The notes under the pieces were generated by a model. The model ran no database searches. It was given only the letters and a program-made list of their open reading frames with translations, and was not told where the DNA came from. Made by a program: the position numbers and the translations under genes. Shown piece by piece: positions 12,106 through 23,380 of a stretch of 64,000 nucleotides of DNA; the stretch's first letter is position 1, and every line of letters begins with the position of its first letter. This DNA is from Squalus acanthias. Lineage: Eukaryota. The stretch lies in NCBI GenBank assembly GCA_030390025.1, contig CM059433.1, forward strand, positions 15,812,001 to 15,876,000, in the 5' to 3' direction.

Positions 12106-13454
12106 TGAACTTTTGCAAAAGAAAGACAAAATGAATCAACACAACCATACAGAAACACTTCCTCTGTAACTATACTACTTTATACCCAGGTGGTTCAACT
12201 TTACAACAAACATATTATTATTTTTTAAATGGTGGTTAACCTGAGAAATAAAGGTCCATCTTCTCAGTGATCCTTTTCCAAATAAAATTTCCAAAGTTTC
12301 CTCAGCCTCAATGGCTGATCTTTTAGATAGCAGCCTATTTATCTCACAAACATGCTCAGAAGATACCCTCCATCTGCAGCGTACATAGATTGCAAATGGG
12401 TCCAGAAATTGAGCACAGGCTGTAACCATGCACATTAGATGTATTCAGATTGATAAAAATGCAGATATTGGTTCATACTATAGCTGTTCAGTTAACAAAA
12501 GAACATCTTGGGAGGATCAGTGCTTTTCATTAAAATGAATGGGCAGAAAATGGGCAGCACACACCTAATTTTCCAATGTACACGCCTGGTGCATGTTAAG
12601 GATGAAGATTTACCCCGTGATTTAAATCCCTGGTTGGTATTTAGCCTTATCGTATAGTCCCCACCCGCTCCCCTACATTACTGTACTTTTGACAATCGTT
12701 AGTGCAGGCTAACACACTCCACCTGCCAACCACTGTGGTGCCCTCTCCTACTTGCTTACAACAACTAAGATAATACTGAGTACTTCTATAAGGTGTCTTC
12801 AGAAAAATCCATAATGTTTCCAGTGCCTTATTTTTATGCTGGTCGATATTGGAACTAATTAAGACACAAATAACATGAAACTCTGTAATATTTCCTGCGC
12901 TGTCAAATGGCCAACAGTACTTGACTTGTCACTTCCTATGTACTGACAATTACATATGAACGGAAAAATCCTTTAACTATAAAAGCTCAGTGATGCATAT
13001 CATCCAGCAGTCATTTATGTTCAGAGAATCTGTGAGCGTAGGTTAATTTGCACAGTTGGTTCAAAATGTTTCTGACTGCTTTCAGTGAATATTTAGCTAT
13101 GGCTATGACTGTCTAATAACGACCTAAAATACCAGATGGCTGGCAATATGTTACAAGGGTATACATTCAAGGGGATTCAGGTGCTGTTATAAACCGTGTA
13201 AGTGATCCTCCAGTGGTTTATTCACATCATGTGAACCCTGAGATTCTGTTAGAGCGTTCTAACATACTCTACCCATCTGTTATTTTATACAGCGCAGTAG
13301 ATCCATTTAGTCAACCAAATATAATTCATGTGATAACCAGTGGCTGTATTATGTTGTTTATATGGTTTCTTATTGATGGAGGAATCATAATTGACATGTG
13401 GTAAGCTCCCCCCACCCCCCCCAATAGATTACTATGTAAATGCACTAATTGTGT

Positions 13455-13675
13455 AGCATCCAACATTTATCTCTTCAACCAGCATCACTCCAAAAGAGAT
13501 GAACTGGTCACTTATCCTACTGCTGTTTGTGGGACTTTGCTGTGTGCAAATTGGCCAACTCATTTCCCTGTATTACAACTTTGACTGCACCTAAAAAGTA
13601 CTTCATTATCTATGAAGCATTATGGAATGTCTTGAGGTCGTGAGAGACTATATACAAGGGCAAATACTTCTTCTT
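13455..13675 (+). mobile_element. DeuSINE (SacSINE1-like) Deu domain and L2-type tail
   Basis: It reads TGCTGTTTGTGGGACTTTGCTGTGTGCAAATTGG...CATTTCC..ATTACAAC...AAAAGTACTTCATT. Related pieces are at 26845-27112, 40565-40680 and 60575-60770. Confidence 0.7.
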
Positions 13676-13689
13676 TTACCTGGTCAGCA

Positions 13690-14035
13690 ATTGAGTCAAG
13701 GTCCCAGATTTAAATCTATGGTCTGTGCTGAGTTAGCTGATATCAGCTGGGGCCAGAGGCAACGATGCTATAACTGGCCTCAGCATCACTGAGCTAGGAA
13801 GAGAAAAAAATGATCACTAGCCAACAAACCGCTGTTGGAAAGTGCGCGGGCACAGAAGGAGGGTGAAGATAGGATTGGATTCAGCTGCAATGTTCACCAA
13901 CTAGCCTGCTGATTGTCACTGTGAAGGTTCACACACGTAGGGGGGCCACTTGTGAGAGGTACACTAGGGGGGTGGCCAGCGTCTGTCGTACCTTACCCCA
14001 AGCACGAGTCAGTGCCTGCAGGAAAGGAGGGGGAC
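13690..14035 (+). mobile_element. ancient SINE (AmnSINE2-like, tentative)
   Basis: GGTCTGTGCTGAGTTAGCTGAT.TCAGC and TGGCCTCAGC..CTGAGCTAGG are recalled from old vertebrate SINEs. The copy is degraded. Confidence 0.4.
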
Positions 14036-14632
14036 AAAACCGGTGATAAAAAATGATGTCAGGTTATCAGTGCTATAATGAGAAGATTACTGAATGTACA
14101 ACTTGATCTTTAAATAGCATTTTTAGAAAGGGCATCTGGGCCAATGCTCCTTTTGAGCAGAAGAGTTCTCAGTTGTGATGATCACACGATGTGACAGAAA
14201 GACTCCCCCGATACACGGCTGATGTAGCAGCAGTGAATGCACAATCCTGACACAGACAGTGGAGTACTCCGAGGATAATTTTAGCAGTTGTCTTCCAACG
14301 GAATATGGAAGTGATGCTTTCCCATAACATCTATATCTATTCATAGCCTTTAGTGCTTCGTTGCTGATATTACATTTGAGAGTACATCCTCAGGAAAGAA
14401 CTTCAATTAGAAAATAGATCACGTAATATTGGAGATGTATCTCTTAAGAAGTTTTTCTGTGGCGCATCCATTTTTTAGTTAGGTGCATGAAATTATTAAA
14501 CCATAAGAAATGGAAACTGTCAGCAGCTTTTAAAATTCTGATCTTGTTTATTTTAATTATTTGGTCACACTTTATTTAGATTTTCTGACCATTGATTAAG
14601 ATTAATTTGAAAATCCAGCCTTATATATATGT

Positions 14633-15097
14633 TGGCCCGAATTATGTTGCTTCCATAAATATGGCAAGGAAGACGGGTTGGGAGTCCTGCCCACCAGATG
14701 CACCCTTGGCCCCATCCCATGTTCTGGGGGTCGGAGTATTTGCGTATATCGGGCAGGCATCTGCATCATATGTGGCATGGATGAGGCCTGTGACTCATGG
14801 TGGGGGAGGTGGGCAGAAACTCACCATGGCACACTTCGCTGCAGCATTAAGTGAGCCAGCTGTACCAATCGGAGGTATGCTTTCTCATTTGGCCAGTTTC
14901 CTTACTACAATCAATCACCCTGTGATCAATTGCAGTAGGAAAACCCGAGCCTTTTAAGTTTTAAATCCCTCCCCACCCAATGCTCTTAACAACACTGGAT
15001 GTCAGGGACACAGACATTCCTAGGGTGCATATGGTGGGAATTACACCCCACATTTGCATAGTGTCATAGCACGCTCAACCACGAATGGGCAAGCATA
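14633..15097. mobile_element. Harbinger-type MITE with CR1 tail inserted in its right TIR
   Basis: The left end is GGCCCGAATTATGTTGC. The right end is GCAAGCATATTA[CR1 15100-15392]TGCCC. Confidence 0.45.
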
Positions 15098-15099
15098 TT

Positions 15100-15392
15100 A
15101 CATAAGAACATAAGAAATAGGAGCAGGAGTAGGCCATACGGCCCCTCGAGCCTGCTCTGCCATTCAATAAGATCATGGCTGATCATCAACCTCAACTCCA
15201 CTTTCCCGCCCGATCTCCATATCCCTTGATTCCCCTAGAGTCCAAAAATCTACCTATCTCAGTTGAATATACTCAAAGACATCAGCATTCACAGCCATCT
15301 GGGGCAGAGAATTACAAAGATTCACAACCCTCTGAGTGAAGAAATTCTTCCTCATCTCAGTCTTAAATGGCCGACCCCTTATCCTGAGACTA
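15100..15392 (-). mobile_element. CR1 3' end
   Basis: It encodes HSLRIRGRPFKTEMRKNFFTQRVVNL and carries a (CATAAGAA)n tail. Confidence 0.9.
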
Positions 15393-15888
15393 TGCCCATA
15401 CGTACCCATCTCTCCGATCCTCTGGAAATCCTCTGGAAAAGGGGTGGGGACCTGGAATAATCTCAACGCACCCACATGGATTCCACTTACTTTATGGCCC
15501 CAGAAATTTGTTCCACCCATCTATCAGCTGCAATACACGTCACAAAAGAACATAAAGGGAACGAAAAGGTTATGTGGCCCAAGAAACTGGTTCCTTGCAC
15601 TGATCACAGACATGTTGGTCGACTGAACCTATTTCTTCTGTCGGGGAAAGGTTCTGCAAAATCTCTCTGTACTTCCTCTTCCCCTCCAAAGTAAATCAAG
15701 CAAAACTAGAGACTATTCATCTTTCATCCTAAATTATTCAACCTTAACAGGTTGCCTTCCACAACTTAGCTTTCCCAAGGTCCTAGGTAATGGAGAGCAT
15801 TGGCAAAGATACAGCCTGGAGCAGAACAAGTGATATTCAAAGCAGCAACTCAGCTGTTTCAGCCCACAGAGCAGCACGGGGATTCCTA

Positions 15889-16519
15889 GGGGGAAGAATT
15901 GGGTGGCGCCCTTTTGGGGCGCTAACGTCGCTTGAAAAAGTTTGCGCCCCTCCGCCATAAATTCAGTAGTAGCACCCCAAGCAGGGGGTGCAAAGTGCTC
16001 CACCTCCTTATTGGGGCACTACTACTGAATTTGACGGCGCTACGTGCAGCAGCACCACGCGCGGTGGCACGTAGCGCCGCGTCATTGCCGGCCTCCCTCC
16101 CCTGATTAAAGGGGAGGGGCCTAGCGCTGCACGCACCGGGGCCCTGCTGGACCACTGGGGAGCGAGGTGTCGTGAAAACAGCCCGGCACTCGAGGAGTGA
16201 TCGCAGCCGGTACCCCGCCTACAAATGTGAAAGGGGGCAGGTGCTGGCACTCGGCCAAAATAAAAATGTCCGCCTGACACCTGCCCCTTTAACTTGCGCC
16301 GCCGTCGTCGCTGCAAAACCGCCCCCTGATCCTGTCGCACATATCGTCCGCCGATACGTCAGGGGGCGCAAGGGAAGTTTGCGGCCGGGGCGCGAGCGGA
16401 GCGGCGATGACGTCATCTGAATTTCGCAGGAGGCGTTAGCGGCGCCGTGCCTGGGCGCTTGGGGATTTGCGCCCCGGGGGTCACTAACGAGAGGCGCAAA
16501 CCAACCCAATTTTTCCCCC
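15889..16519 (+). mobile_element. CpG-rich Harbinger-type MITE, family B (copy 1)
   Basis: TIRs are GGGGGAAGAATTGGGT / ACCCAATTTTTCCCCC. It is colinear with 54640-55925. Confidence 0.8.
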
Positions 16520-16984
16520 TTCGTTTTCTAAACATGTTGGAGGGAAAGGACAAGCAGACCTGCCAAAGAGTAATATTAGCACTGCCCTGTCAGTAATTAG
16601 TGAAAACAGTTTTAACTCAACAGAATTGGACACCAGATAATCAAACTCACAACAACAGATTGTCTTTTAAGACTATTAACAACACTGCAAAATATAGAAA
16701 GTGTACAAATACCTCAGTTTGATAAAAAACAAAGTACAGTAAACTACAAATGAGATAAATGCATCCGTATTTTTAATTCATATTTCAAAGTATTAATACG
16801 CATTTCTGAATGTTATCAGCACATATCAAAGAGATGGTACTGCTGAGGAAGTTCAAAACAGCTTTCTATCCCAACATTTATTTTATTACATTTCACAGAG
16901 CAGAAAGATATATGTCTATACAAATTCACCAGGCAGCCAATACTCTCCACTCCAGGCAACCTCACCAATCATAAATATAGGTCT

Positions 16985-17635
16985 GGTAGCGTAGTGGTTA
17001 TGTTACTGGACTACTAATCCAGAGACTTAAACTCACAATCCAGAGCTCAAATCCCACCATGGCAGTTTCAGAACTTAAATTCAGTTTTATTTTAAATCTG
17101 AAAATAAAAAGAAGGCTGTGGAGGCCAAGTCACTGAATATATTTAAGAAAGAGATAGATAGATTTCTAGACACAAAAGGCATCAAGGGGTATGGGGAGAG
17201 AGCGGGAATATGGTATTGAGATAGAGGATCAGCCATGATCATATTGAATGGCGGAGCAGGCTCGAAGGGCCGAATGGCCTACTCCTGCCCCTATTTTTCT
17301 ATGTTTCTATGTTCTAAAGATGGCATCAGTGAAAGGGATCATGAAACTGATGGATTGTCATAAAAACACAACTGGTTCACTAATGTCCTTTCGGGAAGGT
17401 AAACCTGCCACCCTAACCTGGTTTGGCTCTTAACTGCCCTCTGAAGTGGCCCAGCAATCCACTCCGATGTATCAAATCGCTACAAAAAGAACAGGAATAA
17501 AACCGGCACCTTCACCACACAGACTACAGCGATTCAAGAAGAAGGGACCACCAGCGCCTTCTCAGGGCAACTCTAGAGATGGGCAATAAACGTCAGCATT
17601 GCCAGTGATGCCCACATCCCCGAGAACAAATAACA
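16985..17635 (+). mobile_element. tRNA-headed SINE = head+tail deletion derivative of the LINE at 50777; CR1 tail inserted at ~17111-17313
   Basis: Box A TAGCGTAGTGG is at 16987 and a box B-like GAGCTCAAATCC at 17043. The body matches 50860-51090. At ~17507 it jumps to the LINE tail ACCTTCACCACAC...GATGGGCAATAAA. Confidence 0.8.
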
Positions 17636-17775
17636 TAAATTCACTGGTACCACGTGGTCAGCTTCCACCCTTCTCAGTAGATTATAAGGGATTATACAAG
17701 CACAGCCATTACCACCAAAACCCTTCTACCAGACTAATCAGGACTGCTCAGAAATGAGATGCCCTTCTCTCGCAA

Positions 17776-17791
17776 GGCCACCAGGTGGCAG
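17776..17791 (+). promoter_or_regulatory. candidate CTCF site
   Basis: GGCCACCAGGTGGCAG closely matches the CTCF core consensus and lies in non-repeat sequence. Confidence 0.4.
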
Positions 17792-17989
17792 GTAAGTTTG
17801 CCGATATAAACCTTTTTTTTGCTGTAGCTGCAAATACAGATAGGAGATACTCACTTGATAGCTGCAAACCACAAAATTATACCATTTGCCGTTCTTCAAA
17901 CATGCATATTATTCTTTTAAAGAAACATACAAGCCAAATTCCCAAGTAGTCTGAATTAGGTAAAATGTAGGAAAACAATTATTTTTTCC

Positions 17990-18590
17990 ACAATGATGGA
18001 ATCACTTCCCCTTGATCTCTTTGGCTCGGCAAAGACAATTTCTTCACGTCTCTGAAGTCCAACCGACCACTACCACCTGTTACCTTTGATTGCTCCACAC
18101 ATAGCCTTTCTTCACTTACTGCCATTCTTGACACCACGATCTCTTCTGATCTCAAATGGAACTCCTACATCTCCTCCATTGCTAAAGGTTTATCCAAGTG
18201 GTTTGGTTCCCTCTTCTGTGCCAAAACTTATCTTCTCCTCAACAACTCTTATCTCTGTTTAAAGCCCAAGTCTGGGACACTGCTTTCATATCTGGGGAGC
18301 TTCTGCTAGCACCTCTGCTATTCTTGGGCAAGATACAAGAAAAAGCTTGATTAGAAATCTTCCTCTCGCCTCTAGCTTTCGACCTCTCTACAAGCATTAT
18401 TTTCTTGTCTTTCTCTATTTCATCCACATTGCTATGGTTGTTATAGTCCTCCACACTTCCTTCTCTTGTTCCTCCTGCACTCTAAGCATACTGTCGTGCA
18501 AACTCCAATGTCCTCACTAAAGTGAAATCAAGACACAACAACTCCTACTCCAACTTACTCTTTCCCAGAGCCTCTATACTGTGGAAATGG
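17990..18590 (+). mobile_element. old CR1-group (Zenon-like) LINE C-terminal relic
   Basis: Manual translation gives SSDLKWNSYISSIAKGLSKWFGSL...QQLLSLFKAQV, which parallels LNWTSHINTVATRASQRLG...LSTVYKAQVR at 53030-53160. Confidence 0.5.
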
Positions 18591-18611
18591 CCCCTGCCTT
18601 CCCTTCCTCCT

Positions 18612-19212
18612 CCGATCTTCGGGTAAGCGTTCTCCAAGGCGGCCTTCGAGACACACGACAACGCAAAATCATCGAGCAGAAACTGATAGCCAAGTTTACG
18701 CACCCATGAGGATGGCCTCAACCGGGATCTTGGGTTCATGTCACGCTACATGTAACCCCACCTGACGTAGAGTCAACCAGACTCGAGTCGTCGTTGGCTT
18801 GTTCTCTCTACACAGATGCGGCCGGACCTGCTGTGATTTCCAGCAAAAAAAGTTTTAAAAAAAATTTGTTTTCCATACAGACCCCAACATCTGCCACATT
18901 TGACCCCTTGTGGCCCCACCTCATTGTCTTTGTTGTATTTTGCTATCGTCTTTGATGTAATGTCTTCCTGACTGACCTGGTTGGACACCATCCACACCTT
19001 TGATTGCCGTGATTGTCTCTCTGCCGAGGTGTGATAAAGGGCAGTTAGAAAGATTAACTGTAGTGGTCTGGCTGTGTTCTCTGACTATATATGCTGTGCC
19101 CATATGTATTTCTTCACTTCACCTGACGAAGGAGCAGCGCTCCGAAAGCTTGTGATTTCAAATAAAGCTGTTGGACTATAACCTGGTGTTGTGCGACTTC
19201 TCACTTTTGTCC
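18612..19212 (+). mobile_element. Penelope-like element 3' end (GIY-YIG C-terminus + pseudo-LTR)
   Basis: It reads LRVSVLQGGLRDTRQRKIIEQKLIAKF/THEDGLNRDLGFMSRYM*, followed by a hammerhead motif and AATAAA (~19161). Confidence 0.8.
19119..19155 (+). ncRNA. minimal type I hammerhead ribozyme motif (Penelope type)
   Basis: TCAC-CTGACGA-A-GGAGC agc GCTCC-GAAA-GCTT-GTGA has core boxes, stem II, a palindromic AAGCTT stem III and stem I TCAC/GTGA. Confidence 0.75.
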
Positions 19213-19789
19213 TACAATCTATAAGCTTATAAAAACCCAAGCTTGGCATTACCCAACCACTTCTTCCTCGTTAATTCACCTCCTCTCTACTTTTGTGGTT
19301 TACTGCACCAGAGCCTTGACCCCTCACATAGGTTTCTCAATATAATAAAAGGAAATCGCAAAAGAACACTAGAATTAACCAATTTGGATCCAACTATCGA
19401 TTTCTGCGTCGATTTAGATTCTACTCCTGGAACATGATGTTCATTAACAGCCTCCAGGAGCACAAACCATCAAAAAATTACAGTAAACACTAGAAACAAG
19501 CAAAACAGTTACATCTCTAGCTGCACTTCCTTTCTGCTTGTCGTATAGTTCCTGTGTCATGATTTTGTCACGGCTGGTGTGACAATTCTCTTACACTCGA
19601 AGTAGCGGCTGGATAACATTTACTTTTAAAGTCCCCAGACATGCTTTTAAACTAATGTTCTTACCATTATCTAACTTACAGGCTTCCCAACACTGGATGA
19701 TTCTGCTTGTGGTAGTGATTCCAAATGGACCAAAGCTTCCAAATCCTCAGGAAGCTGTTGTGGTGGGAGTTCCGAAACCAAAACCGGGG

Positions 19790-20322
19790 TTTTTTTAAAT
19801 TCGTTTTATGGGATGTGGGCATCGCTGGCAAGGCTGGCATTTTATTGCCCATCCCGAGTTGCCCTTGAGAAGGTGGTGGTGAGCCGCCTTCTTGAACCGC
19901 TGCAGTCCTTGTGGTGAAGGTACTCCCACAGTGTTGTTAGGGAGGGAGTTCCAGGATTTTGACCCAGCGACGATGAAGGAACAGTGATATACTTCCAAGT
20001 CAGGATGGTGTGTGACTTGGAGGGGAACTTGGAGGTGGTGGTGTTCCCATACGCCTGCTGCCCTTGTCCTTCTAGGTGGAAGAGGTCGTGGGTGTGGGAG
20101 GTGCTGTCGAAGAAGCCTTGGCGAGTTGCTGCAGTGCATCTTGTAGATGGTACACACTGTAGCCACGGTGCGCCGGTGGTGGAGGGAGCGAATGTTTAAG
20201 GTGGTGGATGGGGTGCCAGTCAAGCGGGCTGCTTTGTCCTGGATGGTGTCGAGCTTCTTGAGTGTTGTTGGAGCTGCACTCATCCAGGCAAGTGGAGAGT
20301 ATTCCATCACACTCCTTACTTG
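19790..20322 (-). mobile_element. CR1-Zenon-like LINE 3' fragment
   Basis: It encodes AQVRSVMEYSPLAWMSAAPTTLKKLDTIQDKAARL...SLHHRRTVA and is nearly identical to 53145-53650. Confidence 0.9.
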
Positions 20323-21352
20323 TGCTGTGGTTTTGGCACAAAATGAATTGGAAAACCCCCGTGGTTCCTGAGCTCCCATTGCCCAGATTACATGCCACAG
20401 TGCAGCACGCCGCTCTGACACTACATTCCGATCTGTAAGAATGCTGCTCAACTAGCCAAACAGACACTTAGGCCCCGATATTTATGAGGAAGCAGGGAAG
20501 GAGCAGGGGTGCACAGGGGACCCGACAAATGAAAACTAAATTAGATTTGATTTCATATTTTAATGCACTTGAGCCCCACTCCTGCCCTGCCATGCTGCGT
20601 GGCTCTGCTGCAACTATCCGCAATTTCTGCTTCCCACTGCTATTGGGCCAAGGCGACTGTCTCCTGTTTCGTGGCCCCAGCCTGCCCATCCTCCTCACAC
20701 TGTGCTCCTGTACAGTCTCCAGACCTGTAGCCTGATCTTAGCCAGTTAACTAACATTATGGTTTCACTGCTTCTCTTTCTGACCTGCCATATCTGCAAGG
20801 TGTCGTCGGGCTTGAGCCTGCTACCCTGCCCATCCTCTTCCTGATGTAGTCCTAATGTCACCCCCAGACCTGCTGCCGTAACTTTGCTGATTAAGAGGCA
20901 GGGAGTTCCAGGTTTTTGACCCAGCGACTATGACGGATCAACGATATATGTCCAAGTCAGGATGGTGTGTGACTTGGAGAGGAACTTGGAGGTGATGGTT
21001 CTCCCATCCATCTGCTGCCCTTGTCCTTCTAGGTGGTGGAGGTCATGGGTTTGGGAGGTGCTGCTGAAGAAGCCTTGGCCTTGCTGCAGTGCATCCTATA
21101 TATGGTACAGCATGTCAGGAGTGTTTTTTTATGCAAGTGGACAAGGTGTCGATCAAACGGACTGCTTTGTCCTGGATGGTGTTGCACTTCTTGAGTGTTG
21201 TTGGAGCTGCACTCATCCAGGCAAGAGGGGAGTATTCCATCACACCCCTAACTTTTGCCTTGTAGATGGTGGAGAGGCTTTGGGGAGTCAGGAGGTGAGC
21301 CACTCGCTGCAGAATACCCAGCCTCTAACCTGCTCAAGTAACCACGGCATTT

Positions 21353-22552
21353 GGAACATAAGAACATAAGAAATAAGAGCAGGAGTAGGCCATACGGCCC
21401 CTCGAGCCTGCTCCACCATTCGATAAGATCATGGCTGATCATCGACCTCAATTCCACTTTCCCACCCAATCTCCATATCTCTTGATTCCCCTAGAGTCCA
21501 AAAATCTATCTATCTCAGCCTTGAATATACTCAAAGACTCAACATTCACAGCCCTCTGGGGCAGAGAATTCCAAAGATTCACAACCCTTTGCGTGAAGAA
21601 ATTCCTTCTCATCTCGGTCTTAAATGGCCTACCCCTTATCCTGAGACTATGCCCCCTAGTTCTAGACACTCCAGCCAGGGGAAACAACCTCTCAGCATCT
21701 ACCCTGTCAATCCCCTTCAGAATCTTGTATGTTTCAATGAGATCACCTCTCAGGCCAACATCGCCAGCATCGAAGCTTTGACCACGCTCGATCAGCTCCG
21801 ATGGACGGGTCACATCATCTGCATGCCCGATACGAGACTCCCAAAACAAGCGCCCTACTCGGAGCTCCGACACAGCAAGAGAGCCCCAGGTGGGCAGAGG
21901 AAACGCTTCAAGGACACCCTCAAAGCCGCCTTGAAAAAATGCAACATCCCCACCGACTCCTGGGAATCCCTGGCCCAAGACCGCACAAAGTGGAGGAGAA
22001 GCATCCGGGAAGGCGGCGAACACCTCGAGTCTCTTCACCGGGAGCAAGCGGAAGCCAAGCACAAGGAGCACACATCAACCCAAGCACCCCACCCACCCGC
22101 CCCTTCAACCACCTGTGACAGAGACTGTAGGTCCCGCATTGGACTCATCAGTCACCTGAGAACTCATTTTTAATGTGGAAGCAAGTCATCTTCGGTTCCG
22201 AGGGACTGCCTAAGAAGAGACCTCTCATTCTTCTAAAGTCCAGAGAGTATAGGCCCATTCTACACAATCTCTCATCACAGGACAGCCTTTTCATCCCAGG
22301 AATCAATCTAGTGAATCTTCGTTGCATGGCCTCCAAGGCAAGTATATCCTTCCTTAGATAAGGAGACCAAAACTGTGCACAATATTCCAGGTGTGGTCTC
22401 ACCAAGGCCCTGTACAATTGTAGCAAGACTTCCTTACTCTTATACTCCAACCCCCTTTCAATAAAGGCCAACATGCCATTTGCCTTCCTTATTGCTTGCT
22501 GTACCTGCATGCTAGCTTTCTGTGTTTCTTGCATGAGGACACACAAATCTTT
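21353..22552 (-). mobile_element. CR1 3' fragment split by an RTE insertion
   Basis: It encodes LYRALVRPHLEYCAQFWSP...RRMRG|DLIETYKILKG...LWNSLP and has a (CATAAGAA)n tail. Confidence 0.9.
21753..22219 (+). mobile_element. RTE-clade LINE 3' end with target-site duplication
   Basis: It encodes QLRWTGHIICMPDTRLPKQ...GGQRKRFKDTLKA...CDRDCRSRIGLISHLRTH and ends in a GAA-type tail. The TSD ACCTCTCA is at 21745-21752 and 22220-22227. Confidence 0.9.
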
Positions 22553-23380
22553 CTGTGGCTGTTCCAGTTGAGTTTCTGGTCAATGGTGACCCCCCAGGAT
22601 GTTGATTGTGGGTGACTCAACGAGCGTAATGCCATTGGATGTCAAGGGGAGGTGGTTAGGTTCTCTCTTGTTGGAGACAGTCACTGCCTGGCACTTATGT
22701 GTGCATGATACTTACTAATTATTAGCCCAAGGCCTGAATGTTGTCCAGATCTTGCTGCATGCGGGCATGGACTGCTTCATTATCTAAGGAAATGCAAGTG
22801 GAACTGAACACTGTGCAGTCATCAGCGAACATCACTATTTCTGACCTTATGATGGAGGGCGGGTCATTGATGAAGTAGCTGAAGATAGCCTGGCTCCATT
22901 GAATCCCTGTATTTTCAAACATTCTTGAAACTCCAGTTCTTGGTAAAGATATGTACCTTATTATGTCAGACAAAATATCTTGATTTTAACAACATTTGAT
23001 GGGCAAAGTTGTAAAAAAAATTCATTAATAAAAGCAAAAGGAGTTACTGTATATTAATGTACAAACAAAATACTGAAGCAGCAGTGAGAGTCAAATATTG
23101 AAGAGCAGTGGCAGGGGAAAACCCTTGCATTAACTAGATCAAGCACGCAGGCAGTGCAACGAGACAGAGAAAAAAGTGCTATAAGTAAATGTATGGAGGC
23201 AGTGCAGCCCCAAAAGAGAATGGGGAAACTAAACATAAGGTGCAGAGATTTGACTGAAGGATGGTCAATATTTTAATACGGAGAATCAAAAACCTCCAAA
23301 CTAGAAAATTCTTCCACTGCAAGAGCTTGAAACAATACTTTCCTTTTTCATTTGAAAGCAGGAGGTTCACAAAACTATGA

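Larger units (their letters stand above)
20897..22895 (-). mobile_element. CR1-Zenon-like LINE fragment split by a CR1 insertion
   Basis: Pieces 20897-21350 and 22553-22895 (MFADDCTVF) rejoin into the same family as 52750-53520. Confidence 0.85.

Noticed and set aside
17855..17861. 7-nt minus-strand microexon (TTTGCAG|CTATCAA|GTGAGT)
   Set aside because: It is not frame-preserving and no host gene is identified, so it could be chance.
21448..22173. Long ORFs on both strands as novel fusion proteins
   Set aside because: They are read-through across the CR1/RTE insertion junction, and half of each is antisense repeat sequence.
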